NCBI GenBank assembly: GCA_965140785.1
Contig: OZ223521.1
Location: forward strand, 76,718-140,717
From: an uncultured Ruficoccus sp.
GTDB taxonomy: Bacteria; Verrucomicrobiota; Verrucomicrobiia; Opitutales; Cerasicoccaceae
Direction: 5' to 3'
Length of the DNA stretch: 64,000 nt
Position numbers and translations under genes: made by a program. Positions 17,308 to 28,103 of this stretch are shown in pieces (position 1 is the stretch's first letter; the number at the start of each line of letters is the position of its first letter). A model generated the notes under the pieces. It was not told where the DNA came from. It saw nothing but the letters and a program-made list of their open reading frames with translations, and searched no databases.

Positions 17308-19770
17308 CTAGTAGCTGTCGATTAACGAGTAGGTTGTGAGTAGCTTTCGAGCTTCGGAGGCCAATACTGGTTGATCGAAGTGGACCTCAATGGTTCTGTC
17401 ACGCCCTGGGTAAAGGTCTATGTAATTGTCTGAGCAGCGATGCGGCAGCCCAGGGAAATCGAGCTGTACACAGGCTTGAAAGACAGGTGAGTGCAAATGG
17501 ACGGCGACTGTTATCGAGTCTATTGTTTCACACTCGGCCTCAATGGTCTCCCGTAACAGGCTTAAAAAACGTGGAGAGGTGAACAGCCCGGTGCGAATGG
17601 AAGGGGGCTGATTCTTCGGGCACAATTCAGCGCGTAGGAAAAGCTCGGCACGGTCATAGGATGTTAACTCGTTACTGAAGTCCAATCTTTGCTGACAAAT
17701 GGATTCCCCATGACGCAGGCTAACCTGGCGCGAGCTCTCGCGCAGCACTTTACCCTGCATGGTTTCAAGTGACCAGTACAGCTCCGCGGTGTCATCATCG
17801 GGGGCGTCGTAGACGGTGTGCAGTTCAAAGCCGGTGATGGAATTGCGGCGCGTGTTGTTTTTGCCGAGCGACTCCTCGCCCACAAGCTTAACGCTCAGAA
17901 GTGCCGGAGCAAAGAAACGCTTGGCCTCGTAGTGAAGCGCTTTCCATTTGCCCGAGTACTCGATGCTGCTCCATGACGCGACCGGCCAGCAGTCGTTAAG
18001 TTGCCAGTAGAGGGCTCCCATCGTGTGGGGCATGCATCGGCGGAAGTGCTCGACACCGACCTTCATGCAGTGGGCCTGGTTGAGCTGGGACAGGTAGCTC
18101 AGGGCCCGGTAGTCGCGGGGGAACCGGAAAAGACGGGAGATGTAGTCAAAGATTATCTGGTTGCCGGCACTGTTTTTCTGGTGGTTCTCCATCGTCGGGC
18201 TGAAGATATTCAGCTCCTCTGGCGGGCAAAAGGTCAGCGCGACTTCGGGCGAGCAATAGGACTGCATCCCAAACTCCGAACAGAAGCGGAAACGCTTTTT
18301 TTCGTATTCGTTGACGGGCTTGCGCATGTGCCATACATCCCAGAAATGGGCATCGCCACCGGCCTCGTTGTTGTGGCCGTGTTCGTAGCCGTCAGGGTTG
18401 TGCGGTGAGGAGGGCCAGTAGGCCGTCTCCGTGTCGTATTCTTTCAATACACGGGGGAGAATGTCGTAAAAAAGGCTTTCGTAAGCGTGCCGGCGCTCCT
18501 CGGTCTGGAGGACGTCCTGGGAGAGTTGTTCGAGCTCGTTGTTACCGCACCACAGGGCCAGGCAGGCATGGTGGCGTAGGCGCTGGACCTGGCAGACGGC
18601 TTCTGCATGGACGTTGTCTAGAAACTCTTTGTCGCCGGGGTACAGCGCACACGCGAACATAAAGTCCTGCCACACGAGCAGACCTTTCTCGTCGCACAGG
18701 TCGTAGAATGTATCCTGCTCGTAGATGCCGCCGCCCCACACACGAATCATGTTCATATGAGCGGACACAGCGTCGTCGAGCAGTTGCTCATAGCGTGCGC
18801 GGTCCACACGTGTGACAAAAGAGTCCGCCGGAATCCAGTTCGCGCCCTTTGCGAAAAGCGGACGCCCATTGACGACAAACTGAAAGCTCTCGCCGTGTTC
18901 GTCCGGGTGGCGGTCGAGTTCAATCGTGCGCAGCCCGATGCGCCGTTGCCAACTGTCCTGGACTTTCCCGTCGGGGTCGATCCACTCCAGTTTGACCTCG
19001 TAGAGAGGCTGTTCACCCTGACCGGCAGGCCACCATATTTCGGGAGATTCGATGACTGCGCGGTTATCCTTCACGCTTGCGATGTGCTTGCCGCGCAGGG
19101 AGATTTCCCCGCGTACGGAGCCGCTATGGGTCCCGGCCATTCTTGGCGTGAGGGTAAGCTCGACCTTATCGGCGGTATGTTTCTGAACGACCTGCACAGA
19201 CTCGAAGCGGGTGCCGCTCCATGCCTGCAAAAAGACAGGCTTCCAGATACCAGAGGTGGCCAGACGGGGGCCCCAGTCCCAGCCAAAGGAGCAGGCTTGC
19301 TTGCGAATCCGGGAACTGCCTCCGACTGGGTCACAGGATTCAACCAGTTCCTCACCGTCGAGACGGGTGCGGATGTATTTCATCGGGCTTGAGAAGTGAA
19401 TCTCAAGCCGGTTGGTTCCTTTTTTGAGGGAGGCTTTAACGTCAAAGCGGTGCTCGATGAACATGTTATCCACCGTGGCGATCTCTGTGCCGTTGAGCGA
19501 GAGCCGGGCCACGGTATCCAGACCTGGGGCACACAGCTCGATGTGTTCCCTTTGCCAGATTTCATCGCCCGGCGTGAAGTCCAGGCGATAGACCCAGTCC
19601 TTTTCTTCGAGGGGTTGCAGGAGGCGCTCATTGCTCCCCCAAAATGGGTCGGGAATAAGTCCGTGGCGTTGGAGGTCGATGTGGACGCAGCCGGGCACTT
19701 CGGCATCCCGCCAGTGCGTGTCGGCAGCGTCGCGGAACAACCATCCATGGTCGAGTTGTTGTATGTCCAT
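17308..19770 (-). CDS. GH2 beta-mannosidase, cytoplasmic
   Basis: RKQACSFGWDWGP, KGANWIP, RVWGGG, WQDFMFAC, WCGNNE, SEFGMQS and YWQLNDCWP motifs. Start placed at ATG 19770. Confidence 0.93.
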   Translation of the reverse strand: MDIQQLDHGWLFRDAADTHWRDAEVPGCVHIDLQRHGLIPDPFWGSNERLLQPLEEKDWVYRLDFTPGDEIWQREHIELCAPGLDTVARLSLNGTEIATVDNMFIEHRFDVKASLKKGTNRLEIHFSSPMKYIRTRLDGEELVESCDPVGGSSRIRKQACSFGWDWGPRLATSGIWKPVFLQAWSGTRFESVQVVQKHTADKVELTLTPRMAGTHSGSVRGEISLRGKHIASVKDNRAVIESPEIWWPAGQGEQPLYEVKLEWIDPDGKVQDSWQRRIGLRTIELDRHPDEHGESFQFVVNGRPLFAKGANWIPADSFVTRVDRARYEQLLDDAVSAHMNMIRVWGGGIYEQDTFYDLCDEKGLLVWQDFMFACALYPGDKEFLDNVHAEAVCQVQRLRHHACLALWCGNNELEQLSQDVLQTEERRHAYESLFYDILPRVLKEYDTETAYWPSSPHNPDGYEHGHNNEAGGDAHFWDVWHMRKPVNEYEKKRFRFCSEFGMQSYCSPEVALTFCPPEELNIFSPTMENHQKNSAGNQIIFDYISRLFRFPRDYRALSYLSQLNQAHCMKVGVEHFRRCMPHTMGALYWQLNDCWPVASWSSIEYSGKWKALHYEAKRFFAPALLSVKLVGEESLGKNNTRRNSITGFELHTVYDAPDDDTAELYWSLETMQGKVLRESSRQVSLRHGESICQQRLDFSNELTSYDRAELFLRAELCPKNQPPSIRTGLFTSPRFLSLLRETIEAECETIDSITVAVHLHSPVFQACVQLDFPGLPHRCSDNYIDLYPGRDRTIEVHFDQPVLASEARKLLTTYSLIDSY

Positions 19771-19778
19771 GGTTGTGA

Positions 19779-21128
19779 CTATCCGGCCAGGCAACTGAGG
19801 ATGGAGTGGGGCGGAAGCACCAGATTGGCTTCCGTACCCGGAGTGAAGAGCTTGAGCTTTCTTTCACGTTCAGTCGGGTTCATGGCGACGACAGCACACG
19901 AGCCGTCTTCATTTTTAGCAGCGGTGGCTAGCAAATCGTCATGCGTCGTTGCACACAGTATTCGGTGAGCTCCCGGGCGGATAAAGCGGGAAACGTGTCC
20001 GAGGGCCAGCCAGGAAGCCTGTTTGTGCACGGTACCGTTTTGGGTTTCCACGATGAGGGGAGCGCTGCAAAAGTTACTCACGTGGTTGGGGCCGCCGCTT
20101 TCGTTGAGCAGGAGATTCCAATCAAACCATCCCTCCGTCCAGGCGTTGAGGTCCATAATGATCGATCGCGCGTAGCGCTCACCGGTGGCCCAGGAATTCA
20201 GGTGGGTGCCGAACTCCTGGCAGCCCTCGGTAAAGATCAGGTGCTTGTCTGGCCAGCAGTCATGATGCAGCCGTACGTTGTCGAACTTGTCCTGCATATA
20301 CCAGTGGAAGCCGGTACCCCAAATATAGCGGCTGGCTTCGGGATCGCAGTAGGCGGTCTGAGCGCGGTGAATGAGCTTATCCCGGTTGTGGTCCCAGATA
20401 ATGATTTTCACGTTACCGAGCCCGGCTTCTTGCAGGGTTGGCCCCAGATAGTCGCGGACGAAGTCGCGTTCCTCCTCCGCGGAGTAGACACAAGAGTCCC
20501 AGCTTTGAACCGCGTCGGGCTCATTCTGGACGGTGACCGCCCATATCGGTAGCCCCTCCTCGGCGTAGGCCTGGATGAAGCGGACGTAGTAGTCCGCCCA
20601 GGTCTGGAAATACTCGGGCTTGAGCTTACCGCCTTCGTTCATCTTGCCGGTTGTTTTCATCCAGGCGGGCGGACTCCAGGGAGAAGCCATTATTTTCAAG
20701 GCACCCCCTGCAAGCTTTTGGGCCCGCTTGAGGGTGGGGATGATATTTTGCTTATCCCTGTCTATGTTAAAGGACTTGAGCTCTGTATCGCCCGGTTCCT
20801 CTGCACAGGCGTAATTTCCCAGAGAAAAGTCGCAACTGTTGAGTGAGACGCGGCAGAGCGTGTATCCATGACCGTTGCGGGGGCAGAAATACTCCTCCAG
20901 AATGCGGGACTGCTCCTGCTCGGGTAAGGTGGCGAGGGTGACGGCGGCGGCTTCGGTCATCGCCCCACCAAACCCCAGTATCTGCTGAAACTTCTGATCA
21001 GGGTCGATGAATATCGATGCGCCGGGGAAACCCTTGCGCGGGTTAATGGGAGCGGGAGGAATCTCCGTCAGCGCGTGTTTCCAGTCGTTGGCGCTGAGCC
21101 AGAGTTTCCAGTTCTGTGCGTTTGTCAT
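19779..21128 (-). CDS. GH30 glucosylceramidase-like beta-glycosidase
   Basis: GFGGAMT, SCDFS, ASPWSPPAWMK, QNEP (acid/base), FHWY, TEGC (nucleophile), DWNL and GGPNH motifs; no signal peptide. Confidence 0.93.
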   Translation of the reverse strand: MTNAQNWKLWLSANDWKHALTEIPPAPINPRKGFPGASIFIDPDQKFQQILGFGGAMTEAAAVTLATLPEQEQSRILEEYFCPRNGHGYTLCRVSLNSCDFSLGNYACAEEPGDTELKSFNIDRDKQNIIPTLKRAQKLAGGALKIMASPWSPPAWMKTTGKMNEGGKLKPEYFQTWADYYVRFIQAYAEEGLPIWAVTVQNEPDAVQSWDSCVYSAEEERDFVRDYLGPTLQEAGLGNVKIIIWDHNRDKLIHRAQTAYCDPEASRYIWGTGFHWYMQDKFDNVRLHHDCWPDKHLIFTEGCQEFGTHLNSWATGERYARSIIMDLNAWTEGWFDWNLLLNESGGPNHVSNFCSAPLIVETQNGTVHKQASWLALGHVSRFIRPGAHRILCATTHDDLLATAAKNEDGSCAVVAMNPTERERKLKLFTPGTEANLVLPPHSILSCLAG

Positions 21129-21148
21129 GAGTCGAACGATTTAACGCT

Positions 21149-24100
21149 TTATTGTGTGAGTTGGACGGCGCCCCAGCTCTCCGGTCGGGTCTGGATGGCG
21201 TTGCTTTTCCGGCGCGGCCAGTAGACTTCGCGGTCACCGTCCGTGCCCTTTACGCTGAGATTCAGGTTAATGCCCCATACGGCACCGGCTTTGGGGGCAC
21301 CGCCTTGAATATCTTTCCATGGAATGACGAACTCCATCAGGTAGCCAGTCTCAGTGGCCCGTGAGTATGCGTGAACCATGGGGATGTCTTGGCGGGTGTC
21401 TTCGAGTTCGTTGCCGCGCTTCCACTGGCCCAGGTACACGCTTCCACTCTCCGGCTGGGGGACGAGCCAGAACTGATGGTCGCCCGGCCCGTACTCGGTC
21501 GCTTTCTTGTCGTTGTCGGTGTCGATGAAAAGCTCCAGTGCATCCGTGCGCCAGAAGTAGCGAGGGTCGGCGACCTGGACCTTGGAGTCGTCCACGACGA
21601 GTGCTCCCCACAGCCCCTGCTCCGTCCAGCCCAGCCAAACCTGTGCGCGAGGCTCTCCGTAGGTGGAGCCGAGCATCCACTGGGGCAGTTTGTTCTTGGC
21701 GGGCCAGGCTTCGGGGTTGCCCTTAAACCAACCCGGTGAGGGCACCTTGTTTAAATGAATGAAAGGAGGGATGATCGGCTCGGCGATGCGAACGCCGGGG
21801 GAGCTGACCACAACTTCTGCGATTTCGCCCTCGGGGATCTCGTCGCTCCACTCGAGGCTGAGTGTGACTTCGCGGCTCTCCTCCGGCTTGAGCTCGCTGA
21901 TGGTCTGTGTCGATGAAAGAGCTTTCCAGCTCTTGGGCAGCGAAAGGGCTATCTGCGGGTTCTGGGTGACGTTGCCCTGGTTTTCAACCGTAGCGGTGAT
22001 TTCGACCGGCCCCTGCTTGAGGGGGACGGAGCCCACCGTCAGATAGTACGGCTCGAGCACATTGGCTTGCAAGTACAGGGTGGTGAGCAGTTTGTCGTTT
22101 TCGCTGACATCTACCGCCAGGGGGAGGACGCCGGTTTTTTCATCTTCGGGGATATGAAAGGATAGCTCGACGAGCTTGGATTCACCGGCAGGTACGTCGA
22201 CGGCGACACGGGGGCTATCCGCTGTCCAGCCCGTCGGCAATTTCAGAGACAGGCTGGATTGCAGGGGTTGGTCATTGCGATTGGTCACTTGCACCACCAC
22301 CTTCGATTTTTCTCCGGCGGTGACGGACATGTAGTGGTGAGAGTACAGCGCGTATGCGGACTTGCGCATGAGGATGGATTTCTCGGACAGTCCGACAGCA
22401 TACACGGGGGAAATACTCAGAGTGGCCTTAGTGCCAGCCAGCGGGTTGGCGTAGCGGTCGTAGAGTTTTACGCCGGGGCCGAAATCGAGCTCGATCGCAT
22501 CATCTCCGGCTGCGATACGCCAGGCGGCGGCGATGTACTGGCCGTTTTCCTTGAAAATGTAGCCTTGGGTATCAGGGCCGACGTTGAACTCGCCGACGCA
22601 ATTCAGACTGGGCAGCAGGTGGGTGATTCCGGCCATGGTGCACAGCGAAGGCTTCGGCTCTTTGCGGTCAGTCATCAGGCCGCACCCGTCAAAGAATTGG
22701 CTGGGGGTCGGGCTGTCAAAGTGCCAATACCAGAAGGCCCGATCGACACCGGAGGCGGTTAGCATCATGTAGGCCCGCGGAAGATAGGCGGCCTGTTGCT
22801 CCTCGCTCACGATAAAACCGGCCAGCGTGTCCCAGCCGAACTCGGTGATAAAGACCTCGCGTTCCTTGCCATCCTTGTTGGCGATTTTCACGACATCACT
22901 GACTTTATCGCGGAACATCCCCGCCTTGCGACCACCGCTGCCGGTGTTGTAGTTGCGCACGTTGATCTCCGGCGCATCAACCCCACAGTAGTGGTGAAAG
23001 TTGATCACGTCGATGTTGGCGAACGAGCCGTCGTCGATGGCGGCTTCCACCAGGTCGGGGCGAATCCCGTGTCGTCCGTTTTCGACCGCTTTGAGTTCAC
23101 CATGCCCGAGGTAGGCCAGGCCGTCACCGAAGGTCTTGTGGTAGTCCTCATAGTGGGACCAGTGAATGGCGTTTTCGGCGTGTTTGACGTCCGATTTGAG
23201 TGCGTACTCGTTGTCTAATTCCCAGTAAACCAAGTCCGGGAAGCCGCTAAGCACGTCGGCCAGATGGGAGGTCCACTCCCGGTCCGCCGGGATATTATTC
23301 TCGACTTTTCCCTCTACGATTTCGGTCTTGGGGATGGAGCGTACGAGCACGGGCATGACCATCGCACCGGCATCTCTATAGGTCTGCATGATGCCGGGAT
23401 AGCCGGGCCATCCGGCAAAGTTATGATTCGCACCTTTGGCGCGCTTGAGCCAGCTCCAGGTAAACGCGTAGTCGCGGAACCAGACAATGCCCGCCTCGCG
23501 GAAGGGGGTCAGGAAAAGACCATGACCGGCGTGGTAGTTCATGCCGTAGGGGGACGCCAGCTTTTGCTCGACGGTCAGGTCGTGTGGCTTGGGAGCTTTG
23601 GCGAAGCGTAAATACATGTGCTGGGTGTCTCCACCTGCGCGCTCAAGCTTCAGGTCCGCACGGTAGGGGCCGTAGGCTTTGACCGGAGGCTTCCAGCTTA
23701 TACTGCCAACGGCATCCACGCTTTGCTGCTGCACATCCTCATAGATGACGTTACCGGATTCGTCCTGAACGGAAATCGTTGCGCGCACTAGCGCTGGATC
23801 TGGCCGCCAATTGCGCAGGGCAAGAATCAGCTCCGGCTCAGTACCGGCGAAGAAATGGCCCGGCACGGAAGAGGTCAGATTCGCCTCAAACAGCGGAGTA
23901 TCCGGGAGTGTCGCGTCTTTGTGCTTGCCGCTCGGATCGGGTTTCCAGTCCAGATAGGCCCCTGTTTCGGGGTTCGCCCGCGAGAGATCGGTTTCAACGC
24001 TGATGCCACGCAGCCCGATCTTGACGTCCGTCTTTTTGTTGCGAGTGCCGTAGTTGTGAAAAACAAAGCCTTGGATAGCTACGGGTTGGGCGACATCATC

Positions 24101-24529
24101 GGGGACCTCAATGTCGATGGTTTCCCAGGTGTCGGGCGGAAAACGCGGGAAGTCGTACTCCTTCCACACGCCATAGGCGTCGCGCAGTACGAGCTTACTG
24201 CCGGCTCCAGGGTTGCTCATGTTAATGCGTACGCTGACTTTCTTTAGCTGGCCGGGGATCGTGATCGGAGTGACCGGCTCAATCCGCAGATATTGAAAGC
24301 CTTTCCCGGAGAAGGGAATCTGGACCTCCATCCCGAACCCGTCGAGCGGAACAAACTCTGCCGATGCCCGGGTATCTCGGCCTACTTTCCAGTCCTGCGG
24401 AGAAAAATTCTCGATGACCTTGGTGGAGAGACTATCTGAGTCGGCGGCATGTATGGGATGGCTGAAAGCCAGCAGTGCGCCAGCGAGGACGGCCAATACG
24501 GACATAGACGGATGGGGTTTTTGAGGCAT
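21149..24529 (-). CDS. Secreted multidomain clan GH-A-like hydrolase (GH39/GH5-like barrel, NEW3-like Ig domains, C-terminal CBM9-like domain)
   Basis: Signal peptide; GMNYH, WFRD, WELDNE, NFHHY and ITEFGW barrel motifs; two L.LP..W repeats; DALELFID...GYLMEFVIPW...GINL at the C-terminus. Confidence 0.75.
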   Translation of the reverse strand: MPQKPHPSMSVLAVLAGALLAFSHPIHAADSDSLSTKVIENFSPQDWKVGRDTRASAEFVPLDGFGMEVQIPFSGKGFQYLRIEPVTPITIPGQLKKVSVRINMSNPGAGSKLVLRDAYGVWKEYDFPRFPPDTWETIDIEVPDDVAQPVAIQGFVFHNYGTRNKKTDVKIGLRGISVETDLSRANPETGAYLDWKPDPSGKHKDATLPDTPLFEANLTSSVPGHFFAGTEPELILALRNWRPDPALVRATISVQDESGNVIYEDVQQQSVDAVGSISWKPPVKAYGPYRADLKLERAGGDTQHMYLRFAKAPKPHDLTVEQKLASPYGMNYHAGHGLFLTPFREAGIVWFRDYAFTWSWLKRAKGANHNFAGWPGYPGIMQTYRDAGAMVMPVLVRSIPKTEIVEGKVENNIPADREWTSHLADVLSGFPDLVYWELDNEYALKSDVKHAENAIHWSHYEDYHKTFGDGLAYLGHGELKAVENGRHGIRPDLVEAAIDDGSFANIDVINFHHYCGVDAPEINVRNYNTGSGGRKAGMFRDKVSDVVKIANKDGKEREVFITEFGWDTLAGFIVSEEQQAAYLPRAYMMLTASGVDRAFWYWHFDSPTPSQFFDGCGLMTDRKEPKPSLCTMAGITHLLPSLNCVGEFNVGPDTQGYIFKENGQYIAAAWRIAAGDDAIELDFGPGVKLYDRYANPLAGTKATLSISPVYAVGLSEKSILMRKSAYALYSHHYMSVTAGEKSKVVVQVTNRNDQPLQSSLSLKLPTGWTADSPRVAVDVPAGESKLVELSFHIPEDEKTGVLPLAVDVSENDKLLTTLYLQANVLEPYYLTVGSVPLKQGPVEITATVENQGNVTQNPQIALSLPKSWKALSSTQTISELKPEESREVTLSLEWSDEIPEGEIAEVVVSSPGVRIAEPIIPPFIHLNKVPSPGWFKGNPEAWPAKNKLPQWMLGSTYGEPRAQVWLGWTEQGLWGALVVDDSKVQVADPRYFWRTDALELFIDTDNDKKATEYGPGDHQFWLVPQPESGSVYLGQWKRGNELEDTRQDIPMVHAYSRATETGYLMEFVIPWKDIQGGAPKAGAVWGINLNLSVKGTDGDREVYWPRRKSNAIQTRPESWGAVQLTQ

Positions 24530-24667
24530 GATAGAGGTATCAGGCTAAGGGTTCTGTCTGCTGAGAAATGTCAAATATCCAGTACCAACGCAATCTCTGC
24601 GATGGCACCAGCCCATATCTCGGAAGGGGATGACTTTCCGATATGATTTATGGTCAGCGAATCGCCC

Positions 24668-25660
24668 TCAAGACGCGCGGTCCTGCCACTGGGGATGCGG
24701 CTCGTAGGCAGTGCTGTGCACGATCGATCGGTGCCCGACGCTGATGTCTCCACCGCTGCGAAGCTTGTACAAGCGCACCGTTTCATCCACGATTTTATCC
24801 CAGGGGATGCACATGCCGTCCAGCTTCAGTGTTTCCATGACGTCGCTGTCCCCGTAGGTGACAACCGGTACGGCGTTCCCAAGCTTTGCCCGCAGTGCGC
24901 GTGCGGCGGAGTCTGTGACCGTGAATGCCGCATCAAACTTCCGGGACTGCAGGTCGTTTAGCGAGGCCATCGCAGCCTCATAGGACCAGTCCGCTTGATA
25001 AAGAACGTGAAAATTGGGATAAACTTGCCTGAAGCCTTCAAGTTGATGGATGTACTGCCCGTTATTCCTCTGGCCTGCCAACACCAGTATCTTTCGGGCA
25101 CGATAACGCTTGTTGAGTATCTGAGCGCAGTGCCGCCCGGCCGCTTTGTGGTCTACGGAAATACAGTCGGTGAAAACGGCGTTGAGGCCGTCCTCGGGCG
25201 TGGCATCGATCATAAGACTGTAGTTGAGGTGGGAATACAACTTGCGCAGGTCGTACTCGCGTCCCCATACGATATTATATTTCCCTCCCATGTATTGGTC
25301 AAAACTTACACCTTGGACTAACTCATACGAAATCTGCTCGTGATCGAAACGGTTTTTGAGCTTTTCCAGAAGAATGCCCCCGAAATTATTCTTAAGGGTA
25401 TTCGGGTGAAAGACCAGAGCAACGCCGTCGGGCAAAGGAGAGCGGGCCACATAGGTCCCCGAAGAGGGGATGCGGTGCAACCAGCCCTCGTCGGTCAACT
25501 CCGAGATTAGCCGATGAGCCGTCTGGTACGAGACTCCTAAGCGGATCGATAGCTCGCGGTTGGACATGAAGCGGCTACCGGGACGACAAAAACCAAAGTT
25601 GAGCCGTTCGATGAGTTCTTTTTTGATCGTGTGGATACGGTTGCTACGGGTTCTGGCCAT
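24668..25660 (-). CDS. GntR-family HTH regulator with periplasmic-binding-protein-like effector domain
   Basis: PGSRFMSNRELSIRLGVSYQTAHRLISEL..EG.L.R..SSGTYV, then a LacI-like C-domain (VDHKAAG). Confidence 0.85.
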   Translation of the reverse strand: MARTRSNRIHTIKKELIERLNFGFCRPGSRFMSNRELSIRLGVSYQTAHRLISELTDEGWLHRIPSSGTYVARSPLPDGVALVFHPNTLKNNFGGILLEKLKNRFDHEQISYELVQGVSFDQYMGGKYNIVWGREYDLRKLYSHLNYSLMIDATPEDGLNAVFTDCISVDHKAAGRHCAQILNKRYRARKILVLAGQRNNGQYIHQLEGFRQVYPNFHVLYQADWSYEAAMASLNDLQSRKFDAAFTVTDSAARALRAKLGNAVPVVTYGDSDVMETLKLDGMCIPWDKIVDETVRLYKLRSGGDISVGHRSIVHSTAYEPHPQWQDRAS

Positions 25661-26030
25661 GGTACTCGGGGGTAAGGGTTATGCTAAAACTCACGCCATC
25701 GTGCGTCGGCGGAGTTTGAGGAGGTAGGCGTTGTTTAACTTCTAGGCATAGCCTGACTATCACAAAAATCAAACGCATTGCTATGAGTTGGGTAGCCGGA
25801 AGGGAAGTGTACCTTATTTTCGATATCTTATAAAATTAACGTAAATCGTTTTTTTTGTCTTTTATAAGGTGTTATTTATAAGGATATTGCGTGTTATCCT
25901 TTCCGGGAGTTGGAGACGTTTTTGTCTGCCAGCTTTAAAAAAAGATAGACGATTAGGTTTATGTAAGGATGAGTGTTGTATGAATGTAAGTAGTTGACTA
26001 TGTATTATTAAAGTGTTGTGTTGCACGCTC

Positions 26031-26046
26031 GCGCATTGATATGCGC
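26031..26046. promoter_or_regulatory. Palindromic putative operator upstream of the PEP-CTERM gene
   Basis: GCGCAT-N4-ATGCGC, downstream of a TTGACT (25994-25999) in an AT-rich intergenic region. Confidence 0.4.
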
Positions 26047-26127
26047 AAAATACTTATTGGAGTGGGGCACTGGGTGGGGTAGTGTCTCCTTAATTCACCA
26101 ATACTAACCCCTTATCACCTGTACTCC

Positions 26128-26943
26128 ATGAAACGAAAACTATCGTTGTTAGCCGCCTTGCTATCTCTCTCTGCACTGTTCTCTTCAACCGCAGATGCTG
26201 TTGTTTTATATCGGCAGGTATTTGGCTTGGCTGAGGGCAGCAGTAACAAACTGCTTACGGATGTTGGTTGGGCTGCCTATTATGGCCGTAATAGTGAGCT
26301 TCAGGTAGGGAGTAGTTATTATTGTCTGAGATCCTATCCTAGTGCTCCAGGCACAACAGACTTAGAAAATGTCAATTCCTCTGTTACGGCCGCTTCTCTG
26401 ACACATGGTGTTGGCCGCTTTTATTATTTTCCATCCGGAAGCGGCCCGAATCCTGGCAACATTTATATTCCGAATGCAACGGAGCAGGCTGCTTTTGGCA
26501 CGATTGATTATGATAATTATCAGAGCCTGACATTAAGTGTTTACTCCCAGGACCCCTCCCTTACTTTTCGGTTTATTGTAGAAATCACTACGGGCGGTGG
26601 TACGACTGCGTGGGTGGCTACGGACAGTTATACGAACACAAATGAGTGGCAGAAGCATATACTCAATTACACGGAAGACCCCAGCCAGTGGTACTCGCTC
26701 ACTTTTGTGAAGGAATCCGGTGTTCCGATTACAATCTCCTCGGACACGCTAGCGGGCCAGAGTATCGCGTTCCCGGATGGGGAAATCACTAATTTTGGTA
26801 TTTTGGTCGATGAGGGGGGTAAAACGGGGATTGACTTTGATGCCTTTGAGGTCACGGGCGTCATTCCTGAGCCGGCGGCCTACAGCGCAGTCTTTGGGGG
26901 GGTGCTGCTGATGGTCCTCTGTGTGCGCCGTCGCCGCAGCTAA
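26128..26943 (+). CDS. PEP-CTERM sorting-domain surface protein
   Basis: Signal peptide (..STADA); C-terminal VIPEP-AAYSAVFGGVLLMVLCV-RRRRS. Confidence 0.93.
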   Translation: MKRKLSLLAALLSLSALFSSTADAVVLYRQVFGLAEGSSNKLLTDVGWAAYYGRNSELQVGSSYYCLRSYPSAPGTTDLENVNSSVTAASLTHGVGRFYYFPSGSGPNPGNIYIPNATEQAAFGTIDYDNYQSLTLSVYSQDPSLTFRFIVEITTGGGTTAWVATDSYTNTNEWQKHILNYTEDPSQWYSLTFVKESGVPITISSDTLAGQSIAFPDGEITNFGILVDEGGKTGIDFDAFEVTGVIPEPAAYSAVFGGVLLMVLCVRRRRS

Positions 26944-26963
26944 AGAATCGCTCCTTTCCTATC

Positions 26964-26999
26964 AAACTCCGTCCTGCACAGGTGGGACGGAGTTTTTTT
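26964..26999 (+). terminator. Rho-independent terminator
   Basis: AAACTCCGTCC / GGACGGAGTTT stem running into a T tract, 20 bp after the PEP-CTERM stop. Confidence 0.8.
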
Positions 27000-27080
27000 G
27001 TGCCGGACGGAGAAGAAGAGCCCAAGGCCATGCAAGTGGCTTGAGCGGGCGCAAAGGCTACAGGGCGGACAGGCGGGATA

Positions 27081-28103
27081 TCAGACTGACCGCACACTTT
27101 TGCCCTCATGCCACTGGGGAGTGATCAAGTACTGGCCCGCATGCGACGGGACCCCGACCTTGTTACGTTCGATATGGCTGATAAGCAGGTCGGCGGCGAG
27201 CGCTCCGATATCGTCGAATAACCGCTCCATGTGGGCAAAGAAGGGATCGTGGTCGTTTCCCATCGCAATGATGCCGATGTCATCCGGACAGCGAAGGCCG
27301 ATCGACTGGCAAATCTCGAGAATCTCCTTCGGTTGCGCCGTCATGATCGCATCCGGCTTTTGTGTACGGAGCCAGTTTTTGATCTTTCTGGTTTCGCTGC
27401 GGTGTGCGCTCAGGAGGGGAATGCGCTCGGCCGGTTTGAGGTTCATCTGGTAGGCCATGTAGCCACCGATTTCATGGCCGCGTGAGCGTACATTTTCGAG
27501 CACGGAAATAATGAACCCGATCTTGCGGTAACCGAGCTTTCTACATTTTTCCATGCACCCATAGGTCGACTCGTAGTTATTAGTCGCTACACGGTCGAAA
27601 TCCGGCTGCATCACCCCATAGCCGATGGCGATGATCGGATAGGAATTCCATGGTAGCTCAAAGCCCTGCGTCTGCGGTGGGAGCGAACCGATGATAATGC
27701 CGCAGATGCCCCGGGCGTTGAGAAGCCTCTGCATGGACTTAGCGGTTCCCTTGGTTTCTTCGGTCCGGACTTCTTCAAGCAGGTAACCTTTGCGGGCGGC
27801 CTGATCCTGGGCGGCGGAAAATATCTCAGCGAGGTAGCTGTTAGGGCGTATGGGGCCTGGGTAGGGGTTACAGGTTACGTAGGCGATATTTGCCTGAAAA
27901 CTGTTGCCTGACTTTCGGCGGCGCGAGGCGATGAGGGCAGATACCAAGGGATTGGGACGATAGCCCATCGCCTCGCATTGCTGGTGTACACGCTCGCGCA
28001 TCTGTGGGGAGATACGCGGGTCATTTCGCAAGGCCCGAGAGATGGTGGTCTGATGACAGCCCAGGGCTTTTGCGACATCTGCCATTGATATTTTGGGGTC
28101 CAT
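27081..28103 (-). CDS. LacI-family transcriptional regulator
   Basis: ISMADVAKALGCHQTTISRALRN...MGYRPNP HTH; RCPDDIG in the C-domain. Confidence 0.92.
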   Translation of the reverse strand: MDPKISMADVAKALGCHQTTISRALRNDPRISPQMRERVHQQCEAMGYRPNPLVSALIASRRRKSGNSFQANIAYVTCNPYPGPIRPNSYLAEIFSAAQDQAARKGYLLEEVRTEETKGTAKSMQRLLNARGICGIIIGSLPPQTQGFELPWNSYPIIAIGYGVMQPDFDRVATNNYESTYGCMEKCRKLGYRKIGFIISVLENVRSRGHEIGGYMAYQMNLKPAERIPLLSAHRSETRKIKNWLRTQKPDAIMTAQPKEILEICQSIGLRCPDDIGIIAMGNDHDPFFAHMERLFDDIGALAADLLISHIERNKVGVPSHAGQYLITPQWHEGKSVRSV

